This document shows positions 14,299 through 26,749 of a DNA stretch of 64,000 nt, piece after piece; the first letter of the stretch is position 1; the number at the start of each line of letters is the position of its first letter. The notes under the pieces were generated by a model. It did not search any database. It had not been told where the DNA came from and worked only from the letters and a program-made list of their open reading frames with translations. A program made the position numbers and the translations under genes. This DNA is from Octopus sinensis (taxonomy: Eukaryota), in contig NC_042997.1 of NCBI RefSeq assembly GCF_006345805.1, positions 35,588,001-35,652,000 of the forward strand. Reading direction: 5' to 3'.

Positions 14299-15721
14299 CA
14301 TGTGTGTGTGTGCGGGCGGGCGTGAGTGCATGTGCATGTGTGTGTTGTATATTATATATATCTTATATTTATATATATACATATATATATATATAGAGAG
14401 AGAGAGTCACATATACACACACATATACTAGTGCGCACTCGGGATCTTTAAGATATTTTGCATTAATTTTGATTTCATTGCTCTAATGTATTTTCATAAG
14501 TATGCATAACGCATGCATGTGGAAGGAACGTAGGCAAGAACGCCGCCCACCCGGCAAAAGAAACTCAAAAAGATAACAGTAAACTTCGCTTTAATCGTAA
14601 TTTCTCTTCTTGAAGCAATTTTGCCTCTCATTTTCAACAGATTTTGCGGAAACAAATTTGTCGGGGATGATGCCGAAGCATGGTAAAGATGCAGAGAAAA
14701 TGCCACCCCAGTTCTCCGTTCTCCCTTCTATTGAACGATCTGTCGGATCCATCGATCTTGTCCAATCTTCGTGTAATTGATGGAGATTGATGGATGTCCT
14801 CCCCCTTCTTCGTGCTACCCTTCTGTCCAGTCATTTAAAAAATTCTATATCGAGGCATACACACTTCTATGCGGCAGAACGCTGTACTCGTATTACATTG
14901 AAAGCCTACAATTGATTTCAGGCCTTGACACACCTTGAGACCAGAAAAATCTGATCACTGCCTTATATTTTCCCTTGGAGCAGTCTTATTTACTCTGTAA
15001 CATATGAAAGAAAACTGGAGCGATCAATGTCTCACTTCAGATTCGCAATGACGGGAATACTATATTTTACCACGCGTAAAGCAGTAAGGGTAAGCTAAAA
15101 ATGGTTTTGGTGAGAGTGTGGATAATGTCTTCACTTCCTCTCTTATGTACGCGTCTATGTATGCATATATACATGTATGCATATATGCATGTACGTATAT
15201 GGTTATTGTAAGTATGTATGCGTGTACGTTTGCGTGTATGCTATAGGTTACTCAAATAATGTCACAAAGAAGACATTGTTACTTGATTTTATGATATTTC
15301 AGAACAAAACTAAGACAAACGCCGAAATCCAAATGTGCTTGACGTATTTATATCGCAGCTTCAGGCAAAATATTTCCCGTTGCTGCAATGCATTAAAAAC
15401 AAGCCTATCTGAAATAAATACAACTTTAGCCTATAGAAGTTCTTATCGATGATTAATTTCAGAATACTATGATCTAAATAGGTGTACCATACCAGCAAAT
15501 CCAATAAACAATGAAACCCATGCGCTATGATCATACTATATTTGAGCTACAAAGCATCGAATCATATCTTCGATTCAGATTAAACAATTTAAGTAACGCC
15601 GAGCTTCTATACCGGAAGAGTATAGCTGAGAAGCTAGACTATAGGCACAAATTCGGTCGCTTACAGATTTCAGTTTAACAAAGCATCACCAGGAGCGACA
15701 TTTTATGGAATATATGTATTA

Positions 15722-16075
15722 CTAGTTTCAGCTCGAGCGATACGTCTATGCTGGAGCACCACCGTTAGCTTTGATATGAGACATTTGGTGTATGAGGGAG
15801 TCTGTTGTCACTGCCCTCATCTGCGTTTCTTCCAGTGAAGTAGAAGTATGAGTAACTCTTGACAGGAGGAGATCTAGTTCTGTTCTGAAGGCGCCTACAT
15901 CCACCCTATGTGGGTCTTGGGCTTCGTAGAAGGACGTTGCGAAGCAGTAGGCCCTTGAAACTTAAGCCGTTTTATTATCTGGTCCGGTATCCGACATTCT
16001 GCTGTTTGCGTAAAATGCCAAACATGGGAACAATTTCTACGATTTTCCAGATATATATTACTGATAGTTCGAAAC
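15722..16075 (-). mobile_element. Second 3' fragment of the same CR1/L2-group LINE
   Basis: Minus translation VIYIWKIVEIVP...VDVGAFRTELDLLLSRV...QMRAVTTDSLIHQMSHIK aligns to the C-terminus at 3369-3700. Same 3' tail (CCAGCATAGAC...GAGCTGAAACTA). Confidence 0.85.
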
Positions 16076-16118
16076 ATATTGTACTGAGTAAAATCCATAT
16101 CTTACTATCAATTAATAC

Positions 16119-16154
16119 TATATATATATATATATATAATATATATATATTATA

Positions 16155-16188
<34 letters not shown>

Positions 16189-16433
16189 ATATATATATAT
16201 ATTATGTATATATATTTATATTTAATTATATATATATGTATATATATATTATAACATATAATATATATATAAATATCAATATATATATATATATAATATA
16301 TATATATTATATATATATATATATATTATTATATATATATAATATATATATATATAAAATATATATATATATTATTTATATATATATATATATTAATTAT
16401 ATATATATATATGTATATATATTATAACATATA

Positions 16434-16466
<33 letters not shown>

Positions 16467-16481
16467 ATATTTGTATGTATT

Positions 16482-16510
<29 letters not shown>
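16119..16510. repeat. Complex, almost pure A/T microsatellite array
   Basis: (TA)n with repeated TATTATAACATAT blocks at about 16150, 16248 and 16421. Confidence 0.9.
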
Positions 16511-16513
<3 letters not shown>

Positions 16514-18647
16514 GATCATACATATATCATGTATGTGCATATATGTGTGTGTGTGTGTGTGTTCGTATGTACTTATGTATTATATATAAATTGCTATTCA
16601 TCCAATAAAGTGGAAGAAAAGAAAGAAAAATTGAAAATGCACAGGGAATATATTAGGATTAATTAGAATTTAATTATATTTTAAAATATATGTATACACT
16701 TGATAGGTTTCACAGTGTATAATGTATGTAGTCGTTTCGCTAATTATGTCTATTTTGTTTTTGTAAAAGATTTTAGCGAGAATAAATTAGAGCAACATGT
16801 ACCTAATTATTAGCTAAAGTTATTTAGTTACTGTATAATGAATAGCTTAATCTCACTGAAATTCAATATAACTTCATACAATATCAATCGTTTATATATA
16901 ATATGTAACATAAGTACATATATACAGGCATAAACCAGCTTTGCTTCTTACTTGGACATGAATCAATATACATTAATATGTGGGTTCCTTAGTAGTAGCA
17001 AATGCTTTTTAGTTGAATATCTTCTATCCCTGAATAACAAATGAGTTTAGTGCGGCAATACTTCAGATATGGTACCTCAAATTACCGAATTTATTATCAA
17101 GCAGAAAATAGGTCTTTCCAGGTTCTCTATTACGGAATGATTGTCAGATTATGAATCTCGCCTAACGACGAAAAAGTTGTGAATGTTGTCTTGTTTTCTC
17201 TGCATATTTAATGAAAATATTATTGAAAAATTTTATGCTTTATGATGGAAACAAGTTATGCTTTATGAATATGCAGATCTTTATTGTTCTTGTGTTTTTA
17301 GTTCATCAGTGCAGTTTCTAAGCCAATCTTGAAGTATGTCAGGAGCAGAGCAAAATGGTACCATGGAACGTCGAATTTATCGAGAAATAATTGGAGAATT
17401 CCGCTAAAAATAATATGCCAATAAGGACGAATTAATGGCTTTTGCAACAAAATTTAGTTGAAGCGCACTATAAAAAGGTAAAATACACCTTCAATTTAGA
17501 CCACACTAGTTATTTATAACTAAATTTATTTGCACCAATACATTGTTCCACCATCACCTATTTGACTGGAACTTTGTTTAACACATGTATTTCTTTTACT
17601 CTTTTCACCACTCACGCTTCCATTCAGAATCATCCTGCAGTTACCGAATAATTTATTCTCTATAAATTACATTGGTTTGAACTATAATTCTACCTGTAGT
17701 TCAGAAAGTATATTCCACTACCAATAATACTGTTGACTGGACATGGCACCTGTTTTGGCAACAGAAGAGTCTGGCACCGTAGGCAAACATACGCGCTCTC
17801 AAACACACACATTCACGCAGGTATGTACACAGAAATGTACACATACAAATAGAAGATGTGAAAGAGAGAGACAGAGGGGAGAGATAGACACAAAATTTAA
17901 TAATTAAACACGATTGATATAAAACTTTCCATCTCCACATAAACAGAAATATGCTCACACGCATAATCAAAGAGTAGGATAAGAGGCAGGTGGGAGAGAG
18001 GTGTGAGGAAAAGAGGCGAGTTGGAGAGAGTCATGTGGTAGGCTATCTTAGGGAGAGAGGGGAAGAGAGATGAGGGGGTGCAAGGGAATCAGAGAAACGT
18101 TAAGACGTCCAATGCCAGGGTCGAATCAGAGTCGTCAATGAAGCAGCGCTAAAATAGCAGTAAATAATTTTACTAGGACCCATGTATTTCATATGATTTA
18201 CGTTTTGCAATATTCAATGCTATAATGACAGATTCCCTATATATAAGCAACTTTTAAACAAGTTCAATGTAGTTAATTTATATCGAATGACATTTTCAAA
18301 TTTTGCTCACGCTCAAATTTTGAATGATAACGCATTAGTAAATAGCAATTGCTTCATATTTTCTATTTGCGAAATATCATTGATATCGTAAAAATATGTA
18401 GCACAGTATAAAAATTAGTTCCAAAAATGTTAATGCTGGTACCAGGATACAAATATGCATGTAGATACCGATAATCATGTAAATTCCATTTGATATTAAA
18501 ATTCATCAGCCGGAGACAGATCCTTCGTCACCTACAATTATAATATCAATCGCTTTCAATAGTAAATGGTATCATTCAGCTATTGCTTTTCACAAACATA
18601 TACATACGGCATATAATATATATATATATATTATATATATATATATA

Positions 18648-18689
<42 letters not shown>

Positions 18690-19733
18690 CATGTCTCGAT
18701 ATGCAAGTATATGCATGAGAAGTCATACGTAAAACCAAAATTACAAATGTCCACGTATACATGCATACCTACATACATACATACACACACGCACGCATGC
18801 ATACCTATATACACACATACATACAAACTGACATGCATACGTATAAACATATCCTATTCATGTTGCCAACTTCCAACGAAGTCCCTTGGATGTAGATTAG
18901 AAACCGACTCTTTCTCTATTGGGTAGAAATCTTGAAATAAAACTTCACCATGACATAGAGACACATACACATTTACGTGACACTATATTCACACCAATTG
19001 TCTTCGGCCGACGATCACAATTACGTGAAAATCAAGTCTTGTGACATACGTGTAATTTTATTTTCTACAGAAATAACATACATACACACATACATATGCA
19101 TACATACACATACATGCATATATATATAGGTATGTATATATGTATGTAAGTATATATGTATATATATAATTATATATATATATATATTTGTCACCTTAGT
19201 CACATTTACTGACAAATATAACACTTTGAGAATTTTGTCTGGTTTTATCCAGCAGTTAATTACAGGTTTCGTCGACAACTAATGCACACTTCCAAATTTG
19301 CGTACTTACATGCACTTATTGTGTGTTGCAGCTTCTTCATGGTGGTGGTTATATGAATTGTTCAAATTGATTCTCTCTCCTCTGGCCCACTATTACTGAG
19401 CTCGAGATAGCCTAAGAATTTTTTTTTAAATTTTGTATTCACTTAATTTTTAATTATAATTACTTATAAGAACAATCATTGCGACTTTAATTTAGTATTT
19501 CCCAACAATTGATATAGATATTTCCATAGAAAGACTTTAATGGGACATATTGTATTCGATTGCCTACATTTAGTTCAATTAAGGGCAAAGGCCTCACCGC
19601 GTTCTCTTCATGAACCACTATCCAATGTGGAGGACGTGAATTTGATTCTCTAACCTAAGAGTAGTTAAGTCTAAATCTGAACAAAAATTGAAACGACAGA
19701 CGAAATACAGCTAAACATTTCGCCCGGTACGAT

Positions 19734-20014
19734 GTTTGTTCCTTCGCGAGCCATGCCTTGACATAAGGGCCGGTTTCCCGGTTTCCTTGGCGTATTGGTT
19801 CCCCACCTGGGCGGGGCGCCGGTCCGTCGCAGGTGAGCTGCAAGATTCGAGAGGACAGAAATAGAAAGAATTGTGGTGAAAGAGTCAGCAGAAGTTCGCC
19901 ATTAACTTCTGCCGGAGCTGCGTGGAGCATAGGTGTTTCGCTCATAAACACACACATCATACGGCCTGAGATTCAAAGTCCGCTGCTCTAAACACTAGGC
20001 CATGTGCATCCACA
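19734..20014 (-). mobile_element. tRNA-derived SINE (family-D head with V-domain-like 3' part) nested in a family-B head
   Basis: Head TGGCCTAGTGTTTAGAGCAGCGGACT and GTGTGTTTATGAGCGAAACACCTA match 34619-34921. The 3' part GCGACGGACCGGCGCCCCGCCCAGGTGGGGA...GAAACCGGGAAACCGGCCCTTATG matches 58550-58625. TSD CCCGGT(A/G)CGAT at 19723-19733 and 20015-20025. Confidence 0.82.
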
Positions 20015-20099
20015 CCCGGTGCGATAACGATTCTACCAACCATGTGTGTGGTGGTGATGTGTGTGTATCTGTGTGTGTGTGTATATAAATGATGTGTTC

Positions 20100-20157
20100 G
20101 CTGCGTGTGTCTGCTGCGTGTGTCTGCTGCGTGTGTCTGCTGCGTGTGTCTGCTGTG
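20100..20157 (+). repeat. 13-bp minisatellite (GCTGCGTGTGTCT) x ~4.5
   Basis: Direct reading. Confidence 0.9.
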
Positions 20158-21083
20158 TGAGTGTTTGTGCGTGAGTGAGTGAGTGTGTGTTAAGCCAGGT
20201 TGTATAACATTTTTTAATAGAACCTAACACATATATTAGAACAAATGCAGCTATTACTTAATGACAGGTTTCCATCCACAAATTATCGGGAACATTTCTA
20301 TATTCAAAATTCGCTGGCAGAAAATTACCAGCGGCAAATATTACGCGATTTCACAACGATGTTTTTAAATTTTAAATATCTTAATTCTGTAAAATTACAA
20401 TCCGTTTACGCAAAAATATGACAATACATTCCTGATAAAATGTTTGCGTTTTTTTTTTCTTTGAATTGATTATTTCTGTACATCAAGTGCCATGATAAGA
20501 ATGTAATAGACGACTGTATTATAGTACGTACTATGAATCGATAACATGTACTGTGACGTCTATTCCAAGGAAAGAATGAATGTTAAGGAAATGATTTTTC
20601 CATCGGCTGTCATTTGACATCTAGCAAACGAAAATACTGACTCCTATGTAAAACTTATAAAAACATTGATATCTAAGTTTGAAAAATGAGGAGAAAATAA
20701 AATAAAATTCTATAGCATGAGATTTTAAAGTCTCGTCACGTAAACATTATAAAGAATACTGGTGAGAAATAAAACAAGACATTCTGATGTAAAATACAGG
20801 AAATGAAATGATGCGTTCTTCAGACAAACATTCGTACAGAAAAAACCTAACGAATATAATGCTTAATATTTCATAAACAGCCTTGTGACAGCAAAACGCG
20901 ATGTGGATATGATAGAAATTGTTTAATTAAATGATTGCCAAACTGAACTCAGTGCATATATCATAAGCATATCTATCTATCTCTCTGTCTGTCTGTCTCT
21001 CTCTCTCTCTATCTATCTATTTATCTATCTATCTATCTTCTATCTATCTATCTATCTATCTATCTATATGTCTATCTAATCTA

Positions 21084-21130
<47 letters not shown>

Positions 21131-21142
21131 TATATACATATG

Positions 21143-21175
<33 letters not shown>

Positions 21176-21222
21176 GTGTGTGTAAATATATGTAAATATA
21201 TGTATATATGTATATATGTATG

Positions 21223-21268
<46 letters not shown>

Positions 21269-21898
21269 GCACATATATATATATATATGTTATGTATGTA
21301 TACAGAGAGGCGGAGAGAGAGAAGGGGAGAGAGAAAGAAAGAGATAGAAAGCGAGAGAGAGAGAACAGAAGATGGAAAAAGAGGCAGTGGGAGTGTACAC
21401 GTGTTTAAAATACTTCTAAATTTCTCCGCCACACAAATATATTTAATTATACGTATATAAAAAATAATTCAACTTCTAAATTTAAAGAGAAAAACAGTAC
21501 GGAATGCGTTTCAAACGGGTTGTGCTTCAATAAAGTGTTTAAAATAAGTGAAATTACTGATATATTTTTAATCCTTACCTAGTATAAAGATGCCCAGTAT
21601 TGGATTAATCTCTTTGAAAGTCAGGGCCTGAAGTCAGAGAGGAATTCCGTAATTCCTGTAAAGGAAAAAAAGATGAGGAAACAAAATTAAGTTGTTTGTT
21701 AAGAAATACAGGCTGAACAATCAGATATCATACAGTAGCTGCTATAGTATAATATAATCTATGCCTTCCAGTGTGTATATATTTATACACACAAAGCGTA
21801 AAACGAACTTTCTTTCTTTCCCTGAGACTCTGCTAATAATTTGCATGTGCCACGTCCACGCTATATTGTTTTTTTCCTTGTGTGTGTTCATAGTTTTT

Positions 21899-21939
<41 letters not shown>

Positions 21940-22034
21940 TATATATATGTGTGTGTGCGTGTGTGTGTGTGTGGTGTGTGTGTGTGGTGTGTGTGTGTGT
22001 GTGTATCTATGTATCAATGTATATATATATATAT

Positions 22035-22069
<35 letters not shown>

Positions 22070-22070
<1 letters not shown>

Positions 22071-22135
22071 ACTTGCTAACCAACCACATGGTTCTGAGTT
22101 CAGCCCCGCAATGTTGTTCTTTGCAAGCCTAGTTC
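22070..22135 (+). mobile_element. SINE family A head fragment
   Basis: CTTGCTAACCAACCACATGGTTCTGAGTTCAGCCCCGC matches the 52189 head. Confidence 0.65.
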
Positions 22136-22530
22136 TAATACTATCGAGATCTTTGCCGAACCGCTTGCAGTATATCCTGTATATCCTGTGAATACATTTT
22201 AATAATCGTGATGTAGAACCAATCAACAAATGTAAAGTGCTCACTATTCAATAATGTTTTACTATAACCACATAACATTCTATTATAAGCAACAAGCATT
22301 CCCCTTATAAACCAAACTCCCGTGAGGTAGCCACACAATTTTGCTATAGTGTTATTTATACGTGCAGGAATATACGGTACCTTGACACACAAATGTTGTC
22401 CTGTCTTCGTGAAATACTAAGGTTAACTTTTATACGGGGCTGTAGAAAATTACCAAATTGTTGGTCAAAAATAGGGGATGACTTTTACATGAGATCGACT
22501 GTTACTCGAGCATATACGCTATGTATGTAT

Positions 22531-22580
<50 letters not shown>

Positions 22581-22581
<1 letters not shown>

Positions 22582-22735
22582 CGTGTCTCTGCGGTAAGAG
22601 GCTTGCTATACAACCATATCGTTCTAGGTTTCGCCCCACTGTGTGGCATCTTAAGCATGTACTACTACTGTAGCTTCGGACCGACCAAAGTCTTATGATT
22701 GGATATGATAGAGGGAAACTGAAAGAACCCCGTCG
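22581..22735 (+). mobile_element. SINE family A 5' half, diverged
   Basis: GCGGTAAGAGGCTTGCT...CGGACCGACCAAAGTCTTATGA...GGAAACTGAAAGAACCCCGTCG. Confidence 0.7.
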
Positions 22736-25700
22736 AATACTCACAGATGCACACACAGACAGAGACAGAGACACAAACACCCACACACATACACACAAAC
22801 ATATATATATATATATAGACGGTCTAATAGTTATTATGATTGAAAACAGAACAAGATAGTTAAGACACATTATTAATTCAGATGTTAATAGTATATTATC
22901 TTGTAATCAAAGTTTGGAGATTCGTATAAGGGGGGAAAAGCGGTAGAGGAAAGAGAGAGAGAGAGAGAGAGAGAAGGGCAAGTGCATAGTAGAAAAGTAC
23001 ACTCGAAATAGGAAGAAAACGAGTGAATTTACATATGAACGCAAGAGCAAATACATTTCTGTGGCAAACGGCTTACATTGTAAAAGATAGAGAAAATACG
23101 GAGATTTAGCGAAATAAATTGTGTAAGAATTGTAAATTAGCGAAGAAACTGCTGATAAAGACGCATATACATACATTCATGCATACGTACTAAAACAAGT
23201 TCATACCTACACACACACACACACCACACACACATACACACACTGACACACATTTATTCAACCGAAATCAAAAATTCACGTTTCTCATGAGAAATGAGGA
23301 AGAGTCGTGAATTATTAATCTCCCTTCGTTTCAGAAAATTACCGCCATTACAATTAAATATGGTATGGGATCTCTACTGCTAATTATCAACTGTTTTCGT
23401 TTGATCAATTCATCCTATGATCAACGCATCCTAGTTTTCTCCGTTTCATCATAATTTCACACTATGCAATTGTTGTAAAATATGTATGCAGGATTGCCGT
23501 ATTTAAGCCTTACATTTATAACATGGTCAAGTGTTTCTTGATGTGAATTGTGCTTCTATTTGTGGAATGGATTACCGTCTACTTTCTTCTTTCCCTATCG
23601 GTATTATTATTCTTTCAGGAAATATGAATGTCGATCAGACATTGTTTAGCATCGTTTACTGTGTCATATATCAAAAGTATGTTTCTGACTGTATGTTTAT
23701 CATACGAAGTAACAGTGCAACGGTATTGATATGCATTGTCATTTAGATGTGTATCAGTGATCCATGAATATCTCTATAGGTTTTCTTGTGGTTTCATATC
23801 TAACTAGAAGGAAATAGAGAACCTAACGCTTACAAGATACTTATTATTCTTCTCGAAGAGCTCATAGAATAGCATGAAGTTTCTGAGTTTATGCAGCAAA
23901 ATTGGAAACCTCTCTTGTTCATCGACTAATTTGCTTTGGAAATATAGTCATATGTCGTCTAAGTGCCTATTATTCCTTTATTCTACTTTCTCAATTGGTG
24001 AGTTACTTGTCATTCTTCTTTATTCTCATCAATAATTGCTATATAGTGTATCTTAACAGCGAGATCCTCCGGCTGTTTCAGATTGCTCAGGTTTTAACAT
24101 TCAATATACATTTAATCGTTAATTCCCCCATAAATGCACACATCAGAGAAATACAATAGGCCCCAATAAATATGTAGAGGTAGTAAGGAAATAATCCAGT
24201 AAAGCTATGTGCTCTATCTGTATCTTTCAAAATTTAAACGACATATATATATAAGAGGTGAGAAATTAAGGAGAATTCAGTAACTTGTAGTGAGATATAA
24301 GCCAAAAGATCGTAGCAAATGACAATGTATCGATGAGAATGCACTGTGGCAGATATTCGGTCTTCATTGATCCTGATATGTAGCTCACGTGGCCATTCTT
24401 GTCTTTCATCCTTATAGATTAGATAATATACAAAACACAAATTCTAACTTCGCTTTTTTTGCTTGTTTACTTGTCTATATGTTTCTTTCTTTCTGATCCT
24501 TGGAATGAACATCTTTCACATTATCTGTTTCTCGTGAAATGTAGATGGAGTGCTGGAGGTTTTGGTAAACATTTATGAAGAAAAAAATTAATTAGTCACC
24601 AGTTACATCCAAGGACACACACACACATACATGTGTGTGTATGTGCGGTATACGTCCAAGGACATATATATTCGTCGTGTAGTTCTGAACAAATATTTAG
24701 AAGGAAAAAGAAATTAATGGAGGCAAAAATGAGATAAATGCATTTCCGGAATAACTGCATCTCGCTGAAGATTTATATTCAATTAGATTATATTAGATCA
24801 GGGGAGTAGGGTTCATCTCAACAACAGAATACGATAAACAGAGACTGGATATGCTACTTATGAGAAGTTTGCCATGCCTAAGATGCAAATCAAATCATAA
24901 AGTGAGTAAAAATATTACCAAATTTCTGATAATACAGTTCAATAAAATGTTAATGGACCCTGGAATGGATGGCAAATGTTACCCAGTCGAGATTGCAAAT
25001 TAGAAGGGAAAGTGTCAGAACAAGTAGTAGAATGCAGTCTGTGTCTTCCTACAATGATTCTGCCGATTCAACTCGTTAAGACATGATATTTTTTCAAGAA
25101 ACAAAAATATATATCTAGAAGAAAATTCGTATGTGTGTTATGCAAGATTCCTTCCAGATGTGGAAACTCTAAAGTCAATCATACGCTTGCTGAAAATAAA
25201 GTCATATGCACTTCGTCCTAAATCATTTTCTGCCAATGAAAAAAAAAAATAAATAAAACCCAACTTCCTGAGGTATTGTGTCACTAGTTGCGCAGCATAT
25301 TTTTAATCACATCAAAAATTGTGATGTTTATCATTTCCAAAGAGTGAGCTATGTAGACTATTAATGAAGAGATGAAATTATTGGGGTGGTTTACACTATT
25401 TTCTAATCAAACGTAATATGTGAAATATAGAAATAAGCGATTACAAACGCGATACCCGTACATAGATGATTATATGTGTAACTATGTTGAATAATTATGA
25501 ATAATTTGGCCTCGTGTATGAGCCTAACAATAGGTATGGGTGGGCAAATTTATGCGGTTTTATATATTATATGTAATAAAGTTTAATGGTCCATCGGTGT
25601 GCAACTAGCTGTTTGAAACAACTTCATAAACGACAGCAGATTTGCTTCTGTTTTTATTAATATTAATGAAATATTATCGATATAGAGTCATACATACAAA

Positions 25701-26715
25701 CACGCTTAAATATATACCTCCACACTTACATACGTAAGAGAATTCGTGTGTACATATATGTACATTCACATATACACGCAAGTATTTCTCATTTGAAGGC
25801 GTATATGTGTACGTCCTCTGCGCATGGATGTGTTAAAAAACAGAGCTGTTTTGCTAGACAAAATAGAATGGCAAATGAAAACATAATCTTGTCAATATAT
25901 TGGACGGCTGCCACCGTCACGTTCAACAGAATATTCAAAGTATTTAAGACGACGTTTTTCATGGAGAACAAGGCGGTCATTATACAATTGCTTGAAAAAC
26001 GTGATGGTTTGATGTGAGTTTAGTTCCAGGGCCGAACGCCAAGTACTTCATAAAGAACCAAAATGTCAATAAGTTGAGCGGTCGGAGAATTTGATATCTT
26101 TAAAAACACATAGGGTCAATAGTCCAAATCTCATTTGAATGATAACGTAAGAGAATTACAGAAAGAAAATAGTAAACAATGTTAAAGCTAAATATATTCT
26201 CTTGTGATTAAATTCTCATCTCTATGCGTGTGTGAATGTGTGTGAGTATCTGTGTTTGAGACTGTATATATATATAAGTATGTATGGATGTATGTATGTA
26301 TGTATATATGTATGTATCTATGTACGTACGTATGTATTTACGTACGTATGTATTTACGTATGTATGTATCTACTTATGTATGTATGTATATATGTATGTA
26401 TGCATGCTTATGAACTTAAATAAATGACAAGGGAACAAAATATCATGCGATGGTCTTCATTCACTTACTGCTGTTTCTGCTACCGACTGTAGTGCACTCG
26501 GCGCTTTGTGCTTGTGAATAACACTGTAGCTTCCATGCGCCTTCTAAATGTGTCATATTCACATTCATATTGCGCTGTGTATTCGAGTAGCACTTTATTC
26601 TGAAGTACTATTAAATTCAAATAGTAGGCTTTTACCTAGTGACATACTACAGTGTATGTTTTGTGTATATATTTATGTATGTATGTTTGTATATATATAT
26701 ATTTTACTAAGCCCT

Positions 26716-26749
<34 letters not shown>

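Noticed and set aside
17694-17749. 56-nt minus-strand exon candidate VPCPVNSIIGSGIYFLNY, recalling the SLC7 IIGSGIF motif
   Set aside because: The match is only ~6 residues, the donor is weak (GTAGAA), and there are no supporting transporter exons.
17970-18090. Purine-rich GA tract, possible triplex or G4
   Set aside because: Ordinary degenerate (GA)n with no four evenly spaced G3 runs.
25748-26017. ORF containing LSIYWTAATVT, resembling a cation-channel pore helix, with a GT donor at its end
   Set aside because: Lacks the GYGD/selectivity-filter continuation, has no clear acceptor, and no neighbouring channel exons were found.
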